Notes under the pieces: generated by a model
The model's input: the letters and a program-made list of their open reading frames with translations, nothing else
The model's database searches: none
Told to the model about the DNA's origin: nothing
Program-made: the position numbers and the translations under genes
Assembly: GCA_050250895.1 (NCBI GenBank)
Contig: JBFWNU010000008.1
Location: 288,001 to 352,000 of the forward strand
Direction: 5' to 3'
From: Vulcanimicrobiota bacterium
GTDB lineage: Bacteria; Vulcanimicrobiota; Xenobia; Xenobiales; JADMJV01
Length of the DNA stretch: 64,000 nt
Part shown: positions 27,833 to 36,711 of the stretch, one piece after another
How the letters are laid out: each line of letters opens with the position of its first letter
How positions within the stretch are numbered: position 1 is the first letter of the stretch

Positions 27833-30800
27833 CTAGCCCTTTTCGGCGTGGGCCTTGGCGATCTCGTCGAGGCGTTGATCCGAGCGGCGGATGCGACCGG
27901 TCAGGACCTTGAAGATCTCGAAGGCGATCTCGGGCATCTGGAAGACCAGTTCTTTGAGCTGCTCGCCTTTGAGCACCAGCACTCGAGTGTCGGCCATGGC
28001 CACCACACTGGCGCTCCGGGGTTCATCATCGAGAATGGCCATTTCGCCAAAATACTGGCCGGCCCCGATGGTGGTGAGCATCAGTTGTTCTGAGCTGCCG
28101 TGGTTGATGAAGATGCCGACCTCTCCTTCGACCACGACATAGAGTTCATCGCCCACGTCTCCCTCGCGAAAGATCATCTCTCCCTTGAGATATTGCTCTT
28201 CTGAGAGCAACTGATTGATGGCCTCGAGTTGCTCGAGGGTCATCTGCGAGAACAACGGAACCTGGCGCAGGACCAGGAGATGCTCCATGACTTCCTCCCG
28301 GCCGTGGGCTTCGCCCGAACCGTTCGACGAGCCTTCTGCGGCCATGCGGATCCATGGGTTTTCGCTGTCTTTGACCAGCTTCTCGACCTCTTCGAAGTTG
28401 GACGGTCCGTTGACCTGGCCCCGGACGGACGGCAGCTTGTCGTCGAGCGTGCCCTCTTCGAGCATCAATACCAGCAGACTCGAGGCTTCGCGGTCGCCGA
28501 GGTTGGAGAGCACTTCGAGGGCATCGGCGCGGACCCGGCTATTGGCGAAGCGCAGCACCTTTTCGACGCTACGAATCAGACTGCCGCCCTCGACCGCCTC
28601 CAGGATACGAAAGGCTAGAAAGCGATGATTCTTGACTGCATTGTCGAGCGAGAGCTTGAGAAATCGAAGGCGCCGATCCTGAGAATCGGGGGTATAGTGC
28701 AGCGCCATCTGATAAGTCCAGGCGTGACGCACCCGCTCGCGCAGCTCGCGCGCCAACACCTCGCGGGTGCCCACTCGCGAGGCCTGGCCGAAGGCTGCCA
28801 CGGCGGCCGTGGCCGTGCGGACACTTTCGCTCGAGAGATAGACCGAAGCCGCCTTGAGGCCTCCCATCGGTTCGAGCTGCGCCAGCTGTTCGGCCGCCAA
28901 CTGGCGCACCTCGCGCGACTCGTCGCGCAGACTCCGGGCCAGGATTCCCAGGGCGTCCGGGTCGCGCTGGCCCTTGAGGGCCAGCAGACGCACGGCCGCC
29001 AAACGTTCGGCCGAATGCGGACTGTTCTGGTGGTGCTTGAGCCGATCCAGCGATAGGGCGTCGAGATGATGGCGGGCGCAGCACTCGAGGGCGCCCGCTC
29101 GAATGGCCGGCTCGGAATGGTCGCAGAGGGGATCGATGCGCTGGACCAATTCGACCGGAAGCCGTTCTAAAGCGGCCGAGACCGCCCGCGGGTCTTCGGA
29201 CTCGAGCATCGAAACCAGATGTTGGTCCCCTACTGGGCCGCAGCGAAGGCAGGCCTCGGCCTGGACCAGCAGGTCGGCGTCGTCGAGGAGAAATTCGAAG
29301 TCGTCAAAGTGCAGCATGGGGAAGGCCTCGACGGCCGCCAGGCGCACCGAAGGATCCGCGTCTTTGAGGGCTCTGCGTCCCTCGGTCAGGTAGCGTTTGT
29401 TGTCGTAGCGAGCCAGGGCTCGCAGGCAGGCCCGACGGAGCCGGGGCTCGGGATGAGAGAGGCCCTCGACGATGGGCTCGAAGTGGCTCTGGCGGGCGAA
29501 AGTGTCGATCAGGGGCAGGACCGTCTTGGTGGGAGCTCCCTCGTTGAGCAGTCGGCGCCAGACTTCGGCCAGCCGCGACAATTCGAAGGCGCCGACTTCT
29601 GAGCCGAGTTCGGTCAGGTCGAGCCGACCGGCCCGTAGTTCGGTGATGAGGGTCTTGAGATATTCTTCGCGCACTTTGAGGTTGGCGCACAGATAGATGA
29701 CGGCGGTGAAACCGCCGGCCAGGCAAAGGCGAAAAGCCGTGAGTCGGTCGCTGAGAAACAGCAGGGCCACCCCCGCGGCCACCATGCCGGTGTAGACCAC
29801 CATACCCTCGAGAAAGGCCCGCATGCGTCCCCGGAAGCGCGCGGGGAGAGCGTTGTAGACGAGGTTTCGGATGGGTCCCGAGATGGCGTTTTCGACCGTC
29901 TCGCGGTTGATGCGGGCCACGCAGGCGGCCGGCAGCGCATAGGAGGTAGCGAGATATCCGAAGGAGAGCACCGTGAGGATCGGATGGACCACGTTCGAGG
30001 CGGCCACCCCCAGACGGGTGATGAGAAAGGGAGTGATGACGACCTCGAGCAGGATCTCGAGCAGGTTGGTGGCGGCCAGGAAAGCGCCTAGAAAGACCGC
30101 CAGTTTGCGCTCGTCAGGAAAAGCATGGGCCAGAATGTCAGAGTAGAGATACTGCAGCACGAAGAGCGACAGGACCATGGCCACTGCCGAGGCCATCAGC
30201 CATCTTCCCAGCGACGATTGGCGCAGATAGAGAACCGAGGCCCGCATGCCGTCAAACGAGGTTTCGTCGGCCTCTTCTAACTCGAGGGGTCCCCAGCGGC
30301 GCAAGTTGCGCCGGGAGGTGCGTAGCAGCACCGCCGCCCCCAGCAGGCTGAGCACCCAGGCCGCCAGGAGGAGTAAGGCTCCGGTAGGAGAGGAGGCCAG
30401 CAGTCCCGCCAGAAGCCCTCCGGCCAGGCCACCAAAGCTGCCGCCCACGGTAAACAGAGGGAACAACCGCTTGGAACTCAGGGTGTCGAAATAGTCACCC
30501 GTGAAGGTCCAGAAGTGATTGGTGAGCACGGCCAGAGCTAGATAGTAGAGGCAAAAGAGGGCGGGAAAGGTCCAGCCCACTCCCAGGGCCGCGCCATAGG
30601 CGCAGCCCCCCACGGCCACGGCCAAAATGCCGAGGATTTTGATGAAATAGGCGTCGTTGCGAGAGCGGTCAACCCCTAGCGCATAGACCAGCGAGCCGAA
30701 GACGGTCACCAACGAGGCGGCCACGAAGGTTTGCGGAAGGATACCGGCCCCAAAGCGGGTCAAGAGAAGCGACTCGGCTCCGACCAGACCGAGGGTCTGG

Positions 30801-30895
30801 GCCAGGTTGATGAGACCTAACAGGCTCAGGAAAAAGAGAAACCGGGCCCGTTCGGTCGGGCGAACGGAGGCCAGGACCCGCCAGAAAAGGTTCAT
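27833..30895 (-). CDS. NTT/TLC-like MFS transporter fused to HEAT repeats and a cNMP-binding domain
   Basis: About 12 TM helices with SKRLFPLF; HEAT repeats (DADPSVRLAAVEA); C-terminal FGEMAILDDEPRSAS. Confidence 0.85.
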   Translation of the reverse strand: MNLFWRVLASVRPTERARFLFFLSLLGLINLAQTLGLVGAESLLLTRFGAGILPQTFVAASLVTVFGSLVYALGVDRSRNDAYFIKILGILAVAVGGCAYGAALGVGWTFPALFCLYYLALAVLTNHFWTFTGDYFDTLSSKRLFPLFTVGGSFGGLAGGLLAGLLASSPTGALLLLAAWVLSLLGAAVLLRTSRRNLRRWGPLELEEADETSFDGMRASVLYLRQSSLGRWLMASAVAMVLSLFVLQYLYSDILAHAFPDERKLAVFLGAFLAATNLLEILLEVVITPFLITRLGVAASNVVHPILTVLSFGYLATSYALPAACVARINRETVENAISGPIRNLVYNALPARFRGRMRAFLEGMVVYTGMVAAGVALLFLSDRLTAFRLCLAGGFTAVIYLCANLKVREEYLKTLITELRAGRLDLTELGSEVGAFELSRLAEVWRRLLNEGAPTKTVLPLIDTFARQSHFEPIVEGLSHPEPRLRRACLRALARYDNKRYLTEGRRALKDADPSVRLAAVEAFPMLHFDDFEFLLDDADLLVQAEACLRCGPVGDQHLVSMLESEDPRAVSAALERLPVELVQRIDPLCDHSEPAIRAGALECCARHHLDALSLDRLKHHQNSPHSAERLAAVRLLALKGQRDPDALGILARSLRDESREVRQLAAEQLAQLEPMGGLKAASVYLSSESVRTATAAVAAFGQASRVGTREVLARELRERVRHAWTYQMALHYTPDSQDRRLRFLKLSLDNAVKNHRFLAFRILEAVEGGSLIRSVEKVLRFANSRVRADALEVLSNLGDREASSLLVLMLEEGTLDDKLPSVRGQVNGPSNFEEVEKLVKDSENPWIRMAAEGSSNGSGEAHGREEVMEHLLVLRQVPLFSQMTLEQLEAINQLLSEEQYLKGEMIFREGDVGDELYVVVEGEVGIFINHGSSEQLMLTTIGAGQYFGEMAILDDEPRSASVVAMADTRVLVLKGEQLKELVFQMPEIAFEIFKVLTGRIRRSDQRLDEIAKAHAEKG

Positions 30896-30907
30896 CAGGC
30901 TGTTGTG

Positions 30908-31492
30908 TTAGCCGTCTTTGTTCTTTGCCCTTCTGGCTCGCCAACGTCGTAGCAGGAGAAACGCGATCAGTCCGCCGGCCAGGGCGGCCACGAAAGCGAC
31001 CACCGGGGCGACCAGGGCCGTCACGCCCAAACCCAGGGCGGCCACATCTTCGCAGGTACTCTTGACGGGGGCGGCTACTCCGGCGGTGGCGGTGTTGGCG
31101 GCCACTCGGGTACCGGTTTTGAGCAGGTGGATGGGCAAAGTGGCTCCGCCGGCCAGACAAACGGCGGCCACGTAGGCCACCAGGGGGTTGTCGTGGCTGA
31201 TCACGGCCAGCACGGCCACGGCTCCGGCGGTGGGGCGTACGGCCGTGTAGACGGTGTCGAGAGCGGTGTCGACGGCCGGAACCTTGTCGGCGCCGATCTC
31301 GAAAATGGTGGCCGAGCCCAGCGCGATCAGGGCGGGCGTCGAACTAAGCCAGGCGAAGGCGGGGGCCAACTGGTAGACATCCGCCCAACCCATACGAAAG
31401 CCGAGACCCAGCAGAAAGAGCGGAAGAAATGCCCTGAAGCCGGCGGTAGCAGCCAGGCTGGCGCCCAGGAAAAGGCTGATGATGATGTCCAC
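30908..31492 (-). CDS. DUF4126-family membrane protein
   Basis: GFRAFLPLF, EIGADKVPAVDTALD, RPTAGA, STCED. Confidence 0.85.
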   Translation of the reverse strand: MDIIISLFLGASLAATAGFRAFLPLFLLGLGFRMGWADVYQLAPAFAWLSSTPALIALGSATIFEIGADKVPAVDTALDTVYTAVRPTAGAVAVLAVISHDNPLVAYVAAVCLAGGATLPIHLLKTGTRVAANTATAGVAAPVKSTCEDVAALGLGVTALVAPVVAFVAALAGGLIAFLLLRRWRARRAKNKDG

Positions 31493-31498
31493 GATCGA

Positions 31499-32635
31499 CT
31501 AGTTCGTTTTTGAGTCGTTTTTTCCTTTAGGCAAATCGCGCTGGGGAAGCCGAAACCAGAACTCGGTTCCGTTCGGAGGCTCGCTTCGCACCCCGAGTTG
31601 GCCCCCATGCGCTTCCACCGCCATGCGGCAGAAGGCCAGACCCAGCCCGGTGCTGTAGCGATGCCTCTTGCCAGCCTGAACGAACTTCTGGAACAGCCTC
31701 TGCTGGTCTTCTGGGCTGATCCCCGGGCCGTTGTCGCGGATGGCGAAATGGATGGCATCCTCGGTTCGAATCAGCTCGAGTTCTACTCGTCCGTCTTCTT
31801 TGGGAGCATATTTGGCGGCGTTGTCGAGCAGGTTGACCAGCACGCGGCGAATCATTTCAGGGTCGCAGGCGAAGGGTTGCTGGTCGGTGCCGCTGACCAC
31901 CAGCTGAGATTGGCTGCCGGTGAGGGGGCGCGAGCTTTCCAGAGCGGCGGCCACCACGGCTTCGGTGGTCGTTTCTTCGACATTCAACTCGAAATCGGCC
32001 TGCTCGATCTTGTTGAGGTCGAGCACCGCCGAGATCATCTCCAGTAGCCGGTAAGAGTTGGTCAGGGTTTTGGTGACGAAAGCCTTTTGCCGCTCCTCGA
32101 GCTTGGGGTCGAATTCGAGTAGTCGCTGAAACCCGATGATGGCGGTCAAAGGGCTCTTGAGGTCGTGGATGAGCATGTGAACCATCGAGTCCCGCATTTT
32201 TTCCAGTTCCTGCAGCTCGGCGAATTGTCGTTTGCTCAGGTCGTAGATCCGTTTGAGGCGCAAGGCGTTGCGGACTCGAAGGGTGGTGTCGTTGATGTTG
32301 ATCGGTTTGGTAATGAAATCATTGGCGCCCGCGCGGATGCCCTCGAGTCGATCTTCGCGATTGGAGAGAGCCGTTACCAGTAGAATCGGAATCGGACCGG
32401 TAGTGGGGTCGGCCTTGAGGCGACGACAGACCTCGAAGCCGTCGGGGGACGGCATCATCACGTCCAGCAAAATGACGTCGGGCTGTTCGCGATGAGCTAC
32501 CTCCAGGGCGGCCTTCCCATCGTGGGCTTCCAGCACGTGGTGGCCTCGAGGTTCGAGAGCATCTCGCAGCAACTCGCGATTGATGGCCTGATCGTCGGCC
32601 ACGAGCACGGTCCCGGTGTCGTCTAACTCATCCAT
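31499..32635 (-). CDS. Hybrid receiver-histidine kinase
   Basis: LVADD, LLDVMMP, KP; HDLKSPL, NLLDNAAKY, GLGLAFC; start set at ATG 32635. Confidence 0.92.
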   Translation of the reverse strand: MDELDDTGTVLVADDQAINRELLRDALEPRGHHVLEAHDGKAALEVAHREQPDVILLDVMMPSPDGFEVCRRLKADPTTGPIPILLVTALSNREDRLEGIRAGANDFITKPININDTTLRVRNALRLKRIYDLSKRQFAELQELEKMRDSMVHMLIHDLKSPLTAIIGFQRLLEFDPKLEERQKAFVTKTLTNSYRLLEMISAVLDLNKIEQADFELNVEETTTEAVVAAALESSRPLTGSQSQLVVSGTDQQPFACDPEMIRRVLVNLLDNAAKYAPKEDGRVELELIRTEDAIHFAIRDNGPGISPEDQQRLFQKFVQAGKRHRYSTGLGLAFCRMAVEAHGGQLGVRSEPPNGTEFWFRLPQRDLPKGKNDSKTN

Positions 32636-32993
32636 CGAGAAAGGCTCGAACCTGGGAGGCGAATTGGCGCGCCTGAATGGGTTTGGCGATGTAGCCGGCA
32701 AAGGGCGGTTTGACTTCGATGCGCTTTCCGCTCACGGCTACTATCGGGAGATGGGCGGTGGCTTCGTCTTCTTTCAGGGCTAGCGCTACGGCCAAACCTC
32801 CTTGCCCAGCCAGGGTGAGGTCCAATAGAACCAGGTCGGGAGCCTTGCCTTTGGCCAGCTGGACCGCTTGCTCGCCGTGAGTGGCGGCAAACACCACAAA
32901 CCCATCCTCGGACAGGATTTCGGTGGCCAACTCCAGGCTCGCAGGGTCATCTTCCACTAGCAGCACCCGCACCGTCATGGTTTCCTCTTCCAT
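32628..32993 (-). CDS. Single-domain response regulator (DivK/CheY-like)
   Basis: LLVEDD, LVLLDL, YIAKP. Confidence 0.88.
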   Translation of the reverse strand: MEEETMTVRVLLVEDDPASLELATEILSEDGFVVFAATHGEQAVQLAKGKAPDLVLLDLTLAGQGGLAVALALKEDEATAHLPIVAVSGKRIEVKPPFAGYIAKPIQARQFASQVRAFLDG

Positions 32994-33022
32994 TCAGGAT
33001 AGTTGGCTCCTTCCCGCCGCTC

Positions 33023-34459
33023 TTGAGTCATCCGCCAAAGGAAGGTGAGACCCACTCGCTCGGGAAATCATCGGGTATGAGCACGTCAGACCGCGGCTCC
33101 GACGGTGTCCTCAGGGCCCTCTTGCTCGACTCCGAACAATCCGAGCGAGCCAAAAAGGCTCGTGATCTGCGCTACAATCAAGTTAGCGTGCCGGCCTTCC
33201 GGATGGTCGGGTTGGCCTGTCTGTTGCTGCTCAGCTATATCCACAATCGCTACTTGCTGGAGCAACCGGCTGGGCCGGAACTGATTTGGCTCGCTCGGAT
33301 CTTCGTCTTTTATGGTTCGGTGTCTTGGCTGGTGCTCGTGCTCTTCTATCGCACCGAGCGGCGCTTTCATCTGGGTGATTTCTTCCTGGGTCTCGATGTC
33401 GTGGTCTGGAGCCTGGCGTTGGTGGTGACCGGCGGGGCCCACAGCTGGCTTTTCTTCACCCTGCTGTCACGGGTGGCCGACCAGGCCAATACCAGCTTCA
33501 AGCGTTGCCTGGTTTTCCTCCAGGTGGTGGTGATGACCTATTTGCTTTTTCTGGTGGCCTTGCAGGTGGGTGGCCAATCTTTTGGCTGGCTACCCCAGCT
33601 AGCCCGGATAGCCATTCTCTATGTGGTGGGCTTCTATATCTCCCTGACCGCTCTGGCAGCCGAGCGGCTGCGCGAGAGGGCCCGGCAGGTCTTTCGGCTG
33701 GGTCGCCAGATGGTGCGCCAGCTCGAGTCGCAGAACCGCGAGCTGGCCAGGGCCCGCGAAGAGGCCGAGTCGGCCAATCGCCTCAAGAGCGGGTTTCTGG
33801 CCGTGGTCACCCACGAGCTGAGAACACCGCTCAACGCCATGATGGGTTATTCCGACCTGCTCTCGCAAGAGGTGGCCGGAGAACTCAACCCCAAACAGCG
33901 CAAATACGTCGATCACTGCACGGCCGCCTCGGCCCGGCTCGACGAGATGATCGGGACTATTCTCGAGTACTCCAAACTCGAGGCCGAAGGGCTCATTCTC
34001 GACCTCGAGCAGGTCAACGTCAATCATGTGCTCGGAGAAGCCGTCGAGGACTATCGCCGCCGGGCCATTCGGGCCGGCCTTACCCTTGACTTCGAGGCAC
34101 CTCAGAAACCCGTGCTGGTGTGGGCCGACCCGGAACGGTTGCGGCAAGTGCTCGATATCTTGCTGGATAACGCCGTGAAATATACTCCGGACGGGGGGCG
34201 GGTCGAGGTCAGCCTCGAGGATGCAAGCATTCTGGTCGGCGACACCGGCCCTGGGATTCCCGCCTGTGACCAAGAGAATGTCTTCCGACCCTTCGTTCAG
34301 CTCAAGACCGGGCTTGACCGTCCCCACGATGGAGTCGGGCTGGGGCTGTCTCTGGCCCGGGCCTTATGCAAAGCCCAGGGCGGCGCTGTCGACCTGATTT
34401 CGCCTGGACCGAGCGGGGTCGGCTCGTGCTTTGTGGTGCGCTTGGCCGAGGTGGGCTAG
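33023..34459 (+). CDS. Membrane sensor histidine kinase
   Basis: 5-6 TM helices; THELRTPLN, LDNAVKY, DTGPGI, GVGLGL; start may be ATG 33077. Confidence 0.92.
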   Translation: MSHPPKEGETHSLGKSSGMSTSDRGSDGVLRALLLDSEQSERAKKARDLRYNQVSVPAFRMVGLACLLLLSYIHNRYLLEQPAGPELIWLARIFVFYGSVSWLVLVLFYRTERRFHLGDFFLGLDVVVWSLALVVTGGAHSWLFFTLLSRVADQANTSFKRCLVFLQVVVMTYLLFLVALQVGGQSFGWLPQLARIAILYVVGFYISLTALAAERLRERARQVFRLGRQMVRQLESQNRELARAREEAESANRLKSGFLAVVTHELRTPLNAMMGYSDLLSQEVAGELNPKQRKYVDHCTAASARLDEMIGTILEYSKLEAEGLILDLEQVNVNHVLGEAVEDYRRRAIRAGLTLDFEAPQKPVLVWADPERLRQVLDILLDNAVKYTPDGGRVEVSLEDASILVGDTGPGIPACDQENVFRPFVQLKTGLDRPHDGVGLGLSLARALCKAQGGAVDLISPGPSGVGSCFVVRLAEVG

Positions 34460-34773
34460 CCAAGACAGGCTTCGGTGGCTTGACGGAACGCTTCCATGTG
34501 GTTTAGAGCCTCACGGGCTCCGGCCTCGTCGAAGACGACCGCCGCCTGATAGTCGGCGTCTTCACGCATGCGCTGCATTTGGCTAAAGGCGCGCACCTGA
34601 GCGGCCGGAAAACGACCGGCCCTGACCAGATGCAGACTCAGCTGCCCGACCATGCCGGTGTGGGTCATGGATTCCAACTCCAGGCTGTAGAGTAGGGCGC
34701 GGGCCAGATGGAACATGGCGTAGTAGGCACGCGAGACGCTGCCGCCCCACAGGCGACGGTTCTCTTCGGTCAT
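34456..34773 (-). CDS. HEPN-domain protein, apparently shortened
   Basis: SRAYYAMFH, THTG, R-x4-Y (REDADY); only 105 aa. Confidence 0.85.
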   Translation of the reverse strand: MTEENRRLWGGSVSRAYYAMFHLARALLYSLELESMTHTGMVGQLSLHLVRAGRFPAAQVRAFSQMQRMREDADYQAAVVFDEAGAREALNHMEAFRQATEACLG

Positions 34774-35117
34774 AGATCGATTCCGTCGCGCACGACCTCT
34801 TGAGGAAAAAGCCGTTCGAGAGACAAAAGGCGTTCGAACTGCTCGGGGGCCATGACGCGGGGTGTCACTTCGAAGCCCATCCAGCGCTCGAGCAAGAGAT
34901 TGACGGCCAGATCCGAGATCGCCCCCCGGTCGGCCAGGCTGCAGTCTTCAATGAGAACCAACACGTCCATGTCGGAGTCGTCTCGAGCATCGCGCCGGGC
35001 TCGCGAACCGAAGAGCTTGATGCAGCGGGCCCGGGGCCCGTACCGGGCCCGCACCTGGGCAGCAAACTCGGCGGCGATTTCGGCTTCCAGCGGGGTCAAT
35101 CTCTCGAGCTTGGTCAC
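34770..35117 (-). CDS. Minimal nucleotidyltransferase (MNT) antitoxin
   Basis: LFGSRAR…DSDMDVLV; start set at GTG 35117; ATGA overlap with HEPN. Confidence 0.88.
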   Translation of the reverse strand: MTKLERLTPLEAEIAAEFAAQVRARYGPRARCIKLFGSRARRDARDDSDMDVLVLIEDCSLADRGAISDLAVNLLLERWMGFEVTPRVMAPEQFERLLSLERLFPQEVVRDGIDL

Positions 35118-35193
35118 CTGGCTTAATTCCTTTCTCGCCGGCCTTCTCCCTTGCAGAAGAAATCGGGGCCCTGACGTAGAAAGGGCGCCTCCC

Positions 35194-36711
35194 ATGGTAA
35201 CAGTAACCGAAATCGAATACCAGGTATTGACCGGGCTGGCTGGCCAGCCAAGCCCGCTGGCCATTCCCGAACTGGCAGAAAAGCTAAAGCTCGACCAGGC
35301 TCAGGTGTCGGCCGTCTGCGTGACGCGTGCCGGCGATGAAATCGAGCTGGTCGAAACCCCTTACTCTGAATTGCGGCTAGGCAAGAAAGCAGGCGAGGTG
35401 CAACCTGTCTTTCCCGAGCGTTTGGTGGTCGAGGCCCTGGAGAAATGCGGGGGTGAGGCCGAACTCTCGGCCCTGGCCGAGCCCGCCGGACTCGACAAGA
35501 AGGCCGTCGGCCAGTCGCTGCGCTGGCTCAAAGCCAAGGGTTGGGCCGAGCAAGACGGCCGTTTGCTCAGACTGTTGCCGGCCGGACGCGGACCGGCCAA
35601 AGGAGCCGACGAAGCGCTGGTCGAGCTCTTGTCCGAACTGGGCAACGCCACCGAAGACGAGTTGCGGGGCCGGGGGATCGATGTCGAGGCCGCCTTGAAG
35701 CTGCTCGATGGGCGTAGCGGGATCCTCGATCGGCGCGATCGGGTCAACCGCATCGTCAGCCTGACCTCGGCCGGCCAGAGCCTGGTCGACACTGGCTTGA
35801 AGGCTCGCCGCGAGGTGACCCAGCTTACGCCCGAGCTGTTGCGAGGCGGTGAGTGGCGCGAGGTCGAGCTGCGACCCTACGACGTGACGCTGGCGGCCGA
35901 GCCGAGCTATCCGGGCAAGGAGCACCCGCTGGTCAGCATTTTTCAGATGACCCGCCGGGTCTTTCTCGAGCTTGGCTTCGAAGAGACCCAGAGCGGCTAT
36001 GTCGAGTCTTCCTTCTGGGATTTTGATGCGCTGTTTCAGCCTCAAGACCACCCGGCTCGCGACATGCAAGACACCTTTTATGTCGAGCGGCCCGACGTCT
36101 GCCGATTGCCCGACCAGAAAGTGGTCGAGGCCGTGGGCCAGACCCATCGCGACGGCGGCACGACCGGCTCGGTGGGCTGGCGCTACGACTGGGATGTTGA
36201 GTTGACGAAAAGACCGGTGCTGCGCACCCACACCACCGCTTCCACCATTCGCGCTCTGGCCGAGAATCCGGTGGGTCCGCGCAAGGTGTTCTGTGTGGGT
36301 CCGGTCTTTCGCCGCGAGACGGTCGACTATAAGCATCTACCGGTCTTTCACCAGGTCGACGGCATCATCATCGACCCTTCGGCCACTTTCGCCAACCTGC
36401 TGGGCACGCTCAAGGCCTTCTATGCCAAGATGGGCTTTGACCGCTTCCAGTTCCGACCCGCCTTTTTTCCCTATACCGAGCCCAGCGTCGAGATCTTCGT
36501 CTGGTCCGAGAAGAAGGGCGATTGGGTCGAAATGGGCGGAGCGGGGATGTTTCGTCCCGAGGTGACCCGGCCGCTGGGCTGCACCCAGCCGGTGCTGGCC
36601 TGGGGCCTGGGCCTCGAGCGCCTGGCCATGTTTCGCTACTCTCTGGGCAGTATCGGTGAGCTTTACCGCGCTCGCATGCAATGGTTGAAGGAGACGCCGC
36701 TATGCCGGTAA
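35194..36711 (+). CDS. pheS: Phenylalanine-tRNA ligase alpha subunit, archaeal/eukaryotic type
   Basis: 505 aa from ATG 35194; long N-terminus; FWDFDALFQPQDHPARDMQDTF, LRTHTT, FPYTEPS, WGLGLERL. Confidence 0.95.
   Translation: MVTVTEIEYQVLTGLAGQPSPLAIPELAEKLKLDQAQVSAVCVTRAGDEIELVETPYSELRLGKKAGEVQPVFPERLVVEALEKCGGEAELSALAEPAGLDKKAVGQSLRWLKAKGWAEQDGRLLRLLPAGRGPAKGADEALVELLSELGNATEDELRGRGIDVEAALKLLDGRSGILDRRDRVNRIVSLTSAGQSLVDTGLKARREVTQLTPELLRGGEWREVELRPYDVTLAAEPSYPGKEHPLVSIFQMTRRVFLELGFEETQSGYVESSFWDFDALFQPQDHPARDMQDTFYVERPDVCRLPDQKVVEAVGQTHRDGGTTGSVGWRYDWDVELTKRPVLRTHTTASTIRALAENPVGPRKVFCVGPVFRRETVDYKHLPVFHQVDGIIIDPSATFANLLGTLKAFYAKMGFDRFQFRPAFFPYTEPSVEIFVWSEKKGDWVEMGGAGMFRPEVTRPLGCTQPVLAWGLGLERLAMFRYSLGSIGELYRARMQWLKETPLCR

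Noticed and set aside
34852-35193. N-terminal extension of pheS in the ORF track
   Set aside because: It overlaps the antisense MNT gene; ATG 35194 gives a normal archaeal-type length.
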